Positions 33,841 to 43,900 of a DNA stretch of 64,000 bases are shown one piece after another. This DNA comes from Flectonema sp. DT1601 (lineage: Eukaryota), in the NCBI GenBank assembly GCA_964019425.1, contig OZ025782.1, positions 1,302,001-1,366,000 of the forward strand, read 5' to 3'. The number at the start of each line of letters is the position of its first letter. Positions within the stretch are counted from its first letter, which is position 1. Both the position numbers and the translations under genes were made by a program. The notes below the pieces were generated by a model that worked only from the letters and a program-made list of their open reading frames with translations, ran no database searches and was not told the DNA's origin.

Positions 33841-36800
33841 TCATATATTTCTCTCTTGTTTGTTTGCATTGCATGCAGCTAAGACCTCCTCTTCAGTCAC
33901 AAGTTCAGATCGCGGAGGCGGCTGTAATTGGGTTGTGAAGTCAAGCTTCTGCCCAGGCTTGAAAGAAACATTTACTTCCCACCCATCTAAGATTGAAGCC
34001 TCCTGGTACAAACCATCCTCCCACTGAATGTATATAACTCCATCTTTTGAATTACACTTGTTTGTTCCAATCCACAGTTGATCTTTAGGTCCGTTATCAT
34101 GAAACAGTTCTCGTTCGCAACCAACTGTTGGTAAGAAGATCTGAAAGGATTTCGCGGCTATCTTTGTTAGAGTCGCGTGGTGTTTCTCAATGTGATTAAC
34201 ACGACCATCAACCTTATTCTTTTCATAAAGAGATTGAAGGTACAAACAGTAGTATAGTTCTACAGACTGGTCGGAGCACTTTCTGGCCTCCTCCTTTCTT
34301 GTGTTGCACCGAATAGCAATCTCCGCTACGTCTGCCTCATGCAGAAGTAACTCACCACTTGGAACATCTTTCGGGGAGATGCAAATCTTGTCTTCAGCTA
34401 CTCCTTCACGAAGAGCTCTGTTTACCATCGACTCAATCTCTAAGGCACACTTCAACACACGATGAACTACCAAGTCAGCATATCTTCTAATAGGACTCGT
34501 AAAGTGAGTGTACAGAGGTAAATTCAAAGCAAAATGACTCAGAGCGTGATCAGCAGCTTCAGTTGTACAACAATACTTCGCGAGCTTCATACATCTGATG
34601 GTGAGAGCTTTGATGGTGGCGGCTTCCTTGTGACCCCGCAGGCGTTCGAGGGAATCAGCGAGTTGTTTCCCAGAACTGACTTTCATTTTAGTTCCTTTCT
34701 TCAACAGAGAATCAACTAGAGTCTTAAAGCGAGAGGTATCCGGAGATTCGTGCCAACGTGCAAGAGCGTTATCAGGGCAGAACTCGATAGTCTTTTCAGT
34801 TACTCGAGCATTCGCCATGACCATGAATTCCTCAACCAGCCAGTTCGCTTCTGCAGTCTCGTGGAGATGCCATCCTCTTGGCGCCATGTTCGAGTTGTTG
34901 TTTTCGAAGTCGAAGTACATCTTTCCCTGATTCAAAGCCAAGGCACCTCTATCGAAACGAGCCTGTCTGATGTTTGCGGCAATAGTCCAGAGACCATGAA
35001 CTGCGTCTTTTATTTTTTGGATTGCCCAGCCGTGGTCACTATCCGGCATATGCGACAAATCCAAACAACTTGGATTAAATTTGTCATCAATGATGTCCTG
35101 CGCATCTTCGTACGCCATCTTACACTGATTTCTGATAACAGTTTGTCCCATCCACTCCTTTAAGATTCTACCACGTGAATCCATTGTCCACTCAACAGTA
35201 AAGGCAAGCTTATCACCGAGAGTGTTTAATGAGCAATGTTCTTCACAGAGTTTACGAGGAAGCATCGGAATAACTTTCTGAACTAAATAAACAGATGTCG
35301 CTCTCTTACGAGCTTCTTCATCGAGTGCCGAACCAAACGGAACAAACGCAGACACGTCAGCAATGTGAACACCTACTCGGTAGTTACCTCCTCCGAGTGG
35401 TTCACATGATAGGGCGTCGTCTAAGTCACGTGCTGTCGCAGGATCGATAGAGACAACGAATCTCGGGTGATTGGAACCGATTCTCATATCCCTTCTGGTT
35501 TTATCTTTCCTGAGTGTTTCATCAATCGGAATAGTGTCTGGGATAACAGCAAGGCATTCATCATCAAACTGATCAGTGTAATCAGTACCATGTTCTATTA
35601 ATATAGCTCTCGACTGGTCTTCTACTTGAGTAGCACTACCTAGGATTCTTATAAGCTCTGCCTGAGGGTACATTTTATCCGAAGGCCATCCTGTTACCTT
35701 TAAATATAACAGGAAGCTATCAGGATTCTTGCGGACATTTTCAGGTAACGAATTACCGAGAACCTCAAAATATGGGAACCTGTTGGTATATTATTTGATA
35801 TTGATGTTGTGAAAGCTTCTAATAATAATAAATAATAAAAACACACTTCTCGTCGTAAGATATAAATCGCATGAATTTCTTCCCGGCTGCTCCTTGCATT
35901 GCTTTGGCAGAGTGGTTGGCTTTGTGTTCGGATTTCCTGTTTTGTTTAAGTTGCTTAAGAATACTAATATCAGACTTGAGGACAATAATATACGTTAACA
36001 TACCAAATATGAACAATAGTCCCAGTGATCATAACGTCGCTTGGAAGGGTAGGGGCTGGTGCATCTTCAAGGGGATCGACCTCAACCCTGTTAGTTTAAT
36101 TATTTAGACTTTTTGAGGAGAACAATTCTGTGGGGAAAATAATATTATTAGGCATACTTTTTGAGACGTTGAATCTTCTGTAGAGCACGACAGACAACAC
36201 GTTCGTTGTCAGGAAGACGAGATCTTTCGTTGATAGGTTTCTTTAAATCATCTTCTCTGCTAGCAATTGCTACCCCTTCAACTGGAGGCTTTTCACCAGT
36301 GAGCCTTACACCAGAACCCGTCTTCTCCTTCCACTTGTCACGACTGTTGATTTCAACAATAACAACATCTTTATCGAATGCTCTATTACGGTCAAGTTTC
36401 CCCTCAATACAAACATCTATATTATTCCACTGGTCTGGGTTCCTTACGAAAGCAATGTTGCTGCCAAACTTTTTGTTGATATTTAATACTCCTCGAACGT
36501 ACTTCCCGCTCATGACACCAGCGATTGCATCTTCACGAGAGATGTAACCCTGAGGGTAGCTTTGTGGCATTCCTCCAGGACGAACTCCTGGAGTCTGTGG
36601 TGTTCCTGCTGCTCCCCCATCATAACTACCACGTTGATTGTATTGTTGTTGAGGTTGCGTCCGGTGATGTGGTTGCTGAAATGTCTGTCCCCCTTTCTTC
36701 CCAAAATCACTCATCGGGCTATAACTATTTTGACTCGGCAATGACGTGGTGTTAGGTGATTCCGTTGCGGGTGATAAAGCTCCCTTCTTTTCGAATTCAT

Positions 36801-37569
36801 TTACTATCTGAGCAAGCAGAGAAGGACCTCCTTCATTGTTGGTCAGAGTTGTTGGAGTGGAGGAGTTGTTGTTACTGTTGTAGTTGTTGTTGTTATTATT
36901 GTAGTTGTTGTAGTTGTTGTAGCCGCCGTTGATGGGTGCTGCACCTCTTCCTCCTGAAAGTGGCATTGAGTGCGGAGAGGACGTGTGTTCTCTACCGCGA
37001 TTTGCGGGAGATCCTCGTCCCTTACCACCGCCCATCACTTCTGCAGGTCGAATTGTAGTTTTTGCAATGCCACCAGGTGCTTGTGATTGCGAGAATCCCA
37101 TCGGTGGAAGATGTGATCCAGGAGTTGAATGAGACTTCGTATGAATACCAACCATTCCCTTCTCACCACGTCCTAAAGGAGGCTGAGACTGTCTGACATT
37201 TAATCCAGCAAACATCTCTGAAACTTGACGAGCTGCAGGTTCACTTTTAGTAACAATTGATTGTACTCCCCTGTCATTGGAGTTCACAAGAGCAACAGTT
37301 GATTTCGGAATCTGACTGGCTGCTGGAGGCCTGTTAAATTGTCTTGTAGGTTGTGCATTTATCGCTGCGGTATCTATAGTGTTTCTAAGATTTGATGGTG
37401 CCAAAAGTATCTCTTCTGAACTGTCGGAATCGCTCATGTCTGCTTCCCTTCTCACGACCTCTATATTTAAGTTTGTGTTTATTATCTGAATATGAATGAA
37501 GAAAATAATTTTTTTTCCCTTTTTAAAAAAAACCGCAACAATTATTTATATCACTACACTTCCGACCAT
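33841..37569 (-). CDS. DIS3L2: DIS3-like exonuclease 2, long paralogue (~1141 aa) with low-complexity N-terminal extension; exons 37569-37560, 37460-36158, 36087-36004, 35936-35847, 35779-33841
   Basis: Same RNB motifs as the neighbouring copy. Three introns sit at identical codon positions, with internal exons of 84 and 90 nt in both copies. The 10-nt first exon (MVGK) is inferred; the alternative start is the ATG at 37437. Confidence 0.88.
36866..36921 (-). repeat. Coding (AAC/TAC)n microsatellite encoding an Asn/Tyr tract
   Basis: Plus-strand ttgttgttactgttgtagttgttgttgttattattgtagttgttgtagttgttgtag encodes YNNYNNYNNNNNNYNSNNN. Confidence 0.85.
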
Positions 37570-37843
37570 GTCTTTACTGTATGAGGAGAACATAAGTAAG
37601 TAAGTTGTAAATACTCTGCTGGGAGTAGGTCGAATAACGAGATTATTTTCTTAACTTTTTTTTATTGTGTGTTTGTTGCAGAACGTTCCTTTAGCCTTTC
37701 AACAATTCAGTAATCGTGTGTTGCATTAGGAAGTAATGTTTTTTGTTTCTTTAGTTATTTTTCGTTTTTTTTTTTTTTTTTCTTTTTTTTTTTTCTTTTT
37801 TTTCAATCTCGTTCAGTAGTGTAACCCGCCAGCGCCTAGACAC

Positions 37844-38182
37844 TTACCAGCCGCTGTCTGGGAGGTCTGGCTTGCTTACGGATGTGGATCCAATGCTGCC
37901 AACACCAGACTTTGTCGTTCCGTTATTCATCGACATACTAATCTTACCCCACTTTGCTTTTGATGCAATCGACGCTGGGTGAAGCGTAAAGGATCCCTGA
38001 CTCAGTGTTGCAGGTGTCAACGAGTGCGGCTTTACAGCTGTTTGTTTGTTTTCATTTCTAGGCAATTAACATAAAAAACCTAATTGCTTGAATGCATGAA
38101 AAGTACACAACACAATATTCATACCAAGAAAAGTAGGGCAATTTGGGTCTTGCTTCTGCGCAGCGTTAGGGTTGAAGGCCAT
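37844..38182 (-). CDS. Spliced 83-aa uncharacterised protein, copy 1 (MAFNPNAAQKQDPNCPTFL|AVKPHSLTPATLSQGSFTLHPASIASKAKWGKISMSMNNGTTKSGVGSIGSTSVSKPDLPDSGW); exons 38182-38125, 38037-37844
   Basis: GT-AG intron 38038-38124; exons of 58+194 nt give 84 codons. Exon 1 differs from the tandem copy by 8 synonymous codon changes and 1 replacement. Confidence 0.88.
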
Positions 38183-38652
38183 GTTGTGTGTAAAGTGTGT
38201 GTAGCTGTGAATACGGTTATTTATAGGCCAATCTTTTGTGTAAAACGTATGTATATGCACCCTGGTTAGTAGAAATAACTAGTCTCTGCATATTATCTTT
38301 AGCTGAACGGCTCCTTAAGATTTGTGTAATTGCGCAAGCGCGACTTTTTTTTTTTTTTTTTTTCCTTCTTTCCCCTTATTTTTTTTCTTTTGGAATATTG
38401 TTTTTTTTTTAGTATTAAAAAGCAAGCAAACAAACACATTACCAGCCGCTGTCTGGGAGGTCTGGCTTGCTTACGGATGTGGATCCAATGCTGCCAACAC
38501 CAGACTTTGTCGTTCCGTTATTCATCGACATACTAATCTTACCCCACTTTGCTTTTGATGCAATCGACGCTGGGTGAAGCGTAAAGGATCCCTGACTCAG
38601 TGTTGCAGGTGTCAACGAGTGCGGCTTTACAGCTGTTTGTTTGTTTTCATTT
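37844..38652. repeat. 214-nt direct repeat (37844-38057 and 38439-38652; spacing 595 nt)
   Basis: The two copies look identical by eye and cover exon 2 plus the 3' 20 nt of the intron of the duplicated microprotein gene. Confidence 0.92.
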
Positions 38653-38770
38653 TTTTTAAAATGAATACACGTTTATATTTCTTAATACCATAAATCATAA
38701 AAGTAGACACACCGAGGAAGGTAGGGCAGTTGGGGTCTTGCTTTTGCGCGGCGTTTGGGTTGAAAGACAT
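38439..38770 (-). CDS. Spliced 83-aa uncharacterised protein, copy 2 (MSFNPNAAQKQDPNCPTFL|AVKPH...DSGW); exons 38770-38713, 38632-38439
   Basis: GT-AG intron 38633-38712 at the same phase-1 position as in copy 1. Upstream pyrimidine-rich acceptor CAG at 38797-38795. Confidence 0.88.
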
Positions 38771-39120
38771 TTTGTGTTGTGTGAGGTGTGTAATCTGTCA
38801 ATGAAAATAAATAATAAAAAACATTCAACATTCCTACATTATATTGATACCTGAAGAATAATATTTTAAATCTTTTTAAAAACACGAAAGCTTTCCCTCA
38901 CCACTAGTATCCCACTAAGTTGATTGATACAGACACACTAAGCAGAATAAACAATTAATTTTATGTCAACGAACGTTGATAGCGGAGAATCTCAATCTAA
39001 CGAAAGATGCCATTGCCGTATACTTTCAGGAGGTCTTTGGGGACTCAGCCAGTTGCAGCTTTGAAATCTTTTGAATCAAATTAAAAATAGAAGTGTCGAC
39101 TTCAATATATCAACAAAGGA

Positions 39121-39543
39121 TCAGATCATTCCGTACTGCTTCTTACAGGTTTCTAAATCCTTGAACACCATGTTACACTCATCCATATTGTTGTTGCTCT
39201 GTGACATACACTTATGGAAGAGTTGATCGAAGTTCTGACACTGGTTAGCAACTCCCTGAGCTGGTGCTGGTGGTGGTGCGCTGCTGCTGCCACCGCCTCC
39301 GAACATGGCGCCAACCGCCATACTTCCAACTGCACTTCCAGCTCCCATAGCAGCACCCTGCATAAGCATACCACCCAATCCCGGGCCACTGTCCTGAACA
39401 GGTGCTGGCGCATGAGCCTGTTGCGGTGCTGCTGGTGGGTGACTAGCCTGTGTTGCTGGTGGTGCACTGGCTTGAGTCGCAGGCGGAGTGCTCTGCTGAG
39501 CTGGAGGCGCTGAACGAGCTGGAGCTGGTCTTGCTCTTCCCAT
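39121..39543 (-). CDS. CHCHD2: CHCHD2/CHCHD10 (Mix17/Mic17)-family mitochondrial twin-CX9C protein
   Basis: Arg/Pro/Ala-rich N-terminus, hydrophobic Gly-rich helix GPGLGGMLMQGAAMGAGSAVGSMAVGAMFGGG, and twin CX9C motifs (CQNFDQLFHKC...CNMVFKDLETC). Confidence 0.92.
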   Translation of the reverse strand: MGRARPAPARSAPPAQQSTPPATQASAPPATQASHPPAAPQQAHAPAPVQDSGPGLGGMLMQGAAMGAGSAVGSMAVGAMFGGGGSSSAPPPAPAQGVANQCQNFDQLFHKCMSQSNNNMDECNMVFKDLETCKKQYGMI

Positions 39544-39787
39544 TTTTATAAAGGTTTCTAAAAAGACTGAAGAACAGGTATTTGTTAAACACTAAGAGCT
39601 TACTAACAAACAAACCACCAGCATACGCACATCGTTTCTAGAACGCATTCATATGAGGAACTGAGGAGGAAGTATTTTAGTTTATTAAAATATAACAGAG
39701 TGACGAAGTACCAGTTGTAGTGTAACAGTGGGTAATCTCACTGGTTCATATTTTCCACCATGTCTTTATTTTTAATACTGTGCATAT

Positions 39788-40031
39788 TTACTTACAAAGG
39801 TACGTGTACGATGTAAGTGCGTATCCGGGAGCTTTGCCCTCAACACGAGTTCCGGAGCAGGTGACGTTTGGGCTGGTAATCAGCTTGGTAGGTCCGAAGT
39901 TGACGTCGGCGGTCTTAATCTGTTTTTATTATTTTATAAATTCACCTAATTAGGAATAAGTATTACTAGTTTGAGTAATCTATGGAACATACTGTACCGT
40001 ATCCTCCGAATGGGGCAGCTGAAGAGGTCAT
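39788..40031 (-). CDS. Spliced 56-aa uncharacterised microprotein (MTSSAAPFGGYGT|IKTADVNFGPTKLITSPNVTCSGTRVEGKAPGYALTSYTYLCK); exons 40031-39993, 39919-39788
   Basis: Pyrimidine-rich acceptor TAG at 40062-40060, an AC-rich leader ending aaaATG, and a phase-0 intron gtatgt...aaaaacag (39920-39992). The exons are GC-richer than their flanks and use C-ending codons. Confidence 0.72.
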
Positions 40032-40480
40032 TTTCGTTATGTTGTGTAGGGAAGTGTATCTAGAAATAGTAAAACTTAACAATAATGTGTATAGATGAGC
40101 ACAAGTCATATTCAGAAAACTCAATCTTACCATTTCCAAGTCTAACTATTTTTTGCCATTCCTGAAAGGCAAGAGAAATGATTAAGATCAACAAATACGA
40201 ACTCTAGCCATGCAAGACATGGATTCTCTCCTTTAACGTGGAGAGGATGTGGGGAGTAAGAGATACTGGGACGGGACTCTGCACAGACTCGAATCAACGA
40301 TCTTCTTTACGAATGAAAGGAAAGAGCATTTTGCCCACGAAATCATACTTATAGCTGCGTATTTCCGGGATAAAGAGAAAAAAAAATATGGAAAATAAAG
40401 AAAAAAAGAACACAACTTCTTCGATAGATAATAATAATGCATGTCCACAATACCAACACAAGGGAGTTCATCAACCATAA

Positions 40481-40605
40481 AGCATCATCTGGGGACGTTA
40501 TGACGTAGCCTGTCAGAATTTTGCCGACACCGACAGTTGGCTTAGATGACACAACGATGATCTTCAGGTTGAGCGTACCTTCACTCGGATACTGTGATCA
40601 TCTTC
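40481..40605 (-). other. Possible structured RNA element (two adjacent stem-loops) downstream of the giant VWA gene
   Basis: Minus strand: gatgatc/gatcatc enclosing gagtg/cgctc, then tcatct/agatga enclosing agcc/ggct and tgtcgg/ctgaca. The wobble pairs are G-U on the minus strand. Confidence 0.25.
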
Positions 40606-40991
40606 TAATCGATATGAAATTATAACCACAAGGACGTCAAAAAGTAAATGAAGGAGGGGGGGGGGATTCACAAATGGTCAGATCACTAATTCAGCGATAC
40701 GACCGGTTTTTAACAACTCAGCGCAGCTGCATTGCCCATAATAGAACATTGCATTGAACAGAGAGAGGCACAAAGGGGACCTGGGATGGGGGTAGGGCGC
40801 TGGGGGGAGGAGGGTTGACATATTTTTGTTGTTCTCGTTTTTCGATTCTTTTTTTTTTTTTTTTTTTTTTTACTTTTTAGTTGTTTCGATATTTTGTTGA
40901 TTTCTTTTTAAGGAATCAACTCACTTCGTAGACTCTTGGGAGTTAAATAAGAGCTTGTATTCATTTCTTTTTCTGTCGTCTTTTTATGACA

Positions 40992-43900
40992 TCACTTATC
41001 GGAATTACGATCCGCGTTAACGTTTCCGTCATCGTCACGGAGCATGGTCTTGTTTCCATCCTCCATGTCGAAGTCGTCGAACTTCCTGTTCTTGTTCTGC
41101 TGATCGAGGGCGGCATTCTCGTTTCTTGACTTAATTAGTGAATACACCATAAAGGCGATGAGGGCAATAATTAAGATCCACAACACTAAGATAAGTGCAG
41201 CTGGAAGGCAGGCCTCACCAAGTTTTAATCCTTCACAACAAGCTTCTCCGGCATTCGTTTGTGGAGCACCACGGGCTCCCGCATCGTCGTTGAACTCCTC
41301 GAGAACTTCTAGCTGACTGATTCTGCTTCCGGACCTATCATGAGTCTCTACAGGTGCCCATTTCCCTCCATCAAGCGCGTAGCAGAGGGTGTACTCTCCT
41401 GAAATCTTAGCCGTCACATTCATCAACAGCTCCATGCCGACTTCCGGTTCGAGCATAGGGTTCTTAGCCGCCGCGGCCTGGCAGGTGTCGTGAATAGTAA
41501 TTTGACTTCCGTCCTCCATACAGTTGGCAACTGAGGCAGAGCAGTCTAATCCCTTCATTAAAGCGAGTTGCCCCGGCTTCTCTTGAGGGAAGCAACCGTG
41601 AACAATGACAGTGAACGGCTCATCCTTCACCGGTTTATTAGGGTACGCCGTGTACCAGTAAGCTCCACCCGGTGCACACATGCGGAGGCTGCAGTCCACA
41701 CCTCCCCAACCAGCGTCGCAGGCACACATGTTGTTGTTCGTACAGTCTCCCTTTCCACTGCAGGTCGCTTCGCGGTCGCACACTACACAGTTTCCGGCAA
41801 CCTCTACGAAGTCACACTTATCGCAGTTCTTTCCAGACATTCCTGGAGGACACTGCTTGCACGCCGCAGGATCGACGCACGAGGTTTCGTTCCACACGCA
41901 ACCTTCGGCCTCACACACTGTCACGTTATACGACGGGCAACCTCCCACAACACACTCACTTCCTGTCCATTCACATTTGCCATTTGAACGCACAGTGCAG
42001 GTTTCCTCAGTACTCCACTCAGAACAAGGGAGACTGGTGACACACTTGTTGACATCCCAGGTGCACCAGTTCATCTGGTCACAAGCCGGTTTGCCAGCGG
42101 CGTCTTCGCACCCGTCATTCTTTTTGCACGTCGCTTCTTCCCACTTGCATCCCTGGGCATCATCGCAAGCCATGTTGGAAAGTATCGCGCACCTCGTTCC
42201 GCAGAGTGGCTGTGTGACTCCTGCCGGTAGGGCAGCACCTTCGAACCACTCGCAGTTGTCGTTGTCGGAACAAGTGTTAATCTGTGAGTACTTGAAGCAG
42301 CCATCCCCATCCTTACACACTACATTGGTGGCATCCCACTCGCATCGTAGCGCAGGTGCACGGAGCCTCTGACAGGTTGTGGCGTCCTTATAGATCGGGC
42401 AACCAGTTCTGTCCTTGCATGTTGTACTAGCTGCGTCCCACTCACACGCCAAGTCGTTGATGCATTTCGGTTCCTTTTCGTAAATTGCGCATCCCTTCGG
42501 GTCTTCGCAGCGTGGTGTGGTTCCGTTGGTACCGTCTACCCAATCACAGCGTGCAGCCTCACATTTCGTGCTCTCCACCCAGATTCCGCAGTCCTTATCG
42601 ATGCATACCCCGCTTGGTGCCCACGTGCAGTCCTGTAGCTCACACTCACCCTGTTCTGGATACAAACCGCATCCTTCCACGTCGTCGCAAGTAGAGGTAG
42701 CTGTGTTCCATACGCACTCCGCAAGGTCATCGCATTTTGGCTTCGTTCCAATCACGCCGCACTTCGAGCGCTCTTCGCACAATGGCTTCGCAGCGTTCCA
42801 GGAGCACGTGTGGTCAGTGATGCAAGTTGCTTCATCCTCCAACGCATAGCAACCGACGTTCGGCTTACACAGTGCTGCCGACAACGCGCTCGTCTCCCAG
42901 CGGCAAGACTCGGCGTCCGTCGTCGACTCACATGCCCCCTGGGTAGTGAATTTGCACACCTGCTTCTGGCAGCTTTGAGCAGTCGCGTCCCAACCGCATC
43001 TCTCTGCAGATGGCGCTGCGACACACTCATTCTCTTGGCAGAAGGTCGGACACACGCTTCTCACACACTTGTTGGCTGCCCACTTGCACAAGCTGTCTAC
43101 CTCGCACCCAGCCGCTGTGTCCCATTCCTTGCAAGATCCCTTGTGCAGTGACTCTCCATGTTTCGATACGTAGTATCCGAACGCCGTCGCCTCATTGCAC
43201 AACCCTTCAAACACGTTTGCGAGGTCGGACATTTGGATCGACTGAAAGTGGGAGTCGACTGGCTCTGTCACCATCGACTTTATTGTGTCAGCTGCCGATG
43301 TGATCTCTGTGCTCTGTGTGGCGAACCTCCTCACCTGGATTCCGAATACGGTTGCTCTCTGTGACTCGAGCCTTCCTCGGGTCGCTGTCATCATGTTCGA
43401 ATCAGGAATAGCTCCGTCTGCTATTACTATCACGACCTTCTTTCTGTCCGCCGGTGAGTCATCAAACATCACACTCGCCATTTCCATCGCCTGAGATGCG
43501 TACGAGTCTGCAGAGCTGCTTGCCTTGAACTGATCTTCGTGCCAGTGGAGGTCATCCGCCAATTCCGCACTCGCTCCGGAGAGTAACCCCTTTGTTCCCT
43601 GACTAGTGGTCCTCTTTGCTTCACCACGTGCCATAAATTGCGCAAACCCAATCCTGAACCCATATGAGCGTGCAGAAGCCGTAGCCACCCCACTCGCTTC
43701 TTTGACAGCGAGAGGCAGTGTATTAACCCAATCCAACAGCAGCTCAGTTACTGCGAGGAATCCGTGCGGGTGACGTCCGAACGTCTCAGTCATGCTCGTT
43801 GATCCATCCAACAGAATTACGATGTCGACAGCCGGGCAATTCGCGTATAAAGAAGCGATGCATGTATCGTTCCTCCACATGCAACCGGAAGTCTGTCCGC

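Noticed and set aside
37844..38652. 214-nt direct repeat as LTRs or a mobile element
   Set aside because: Its boundaries coincide with the stop codon and intron end of a duplicated gene; there is no TSD, terminal motif or transposase/RT.
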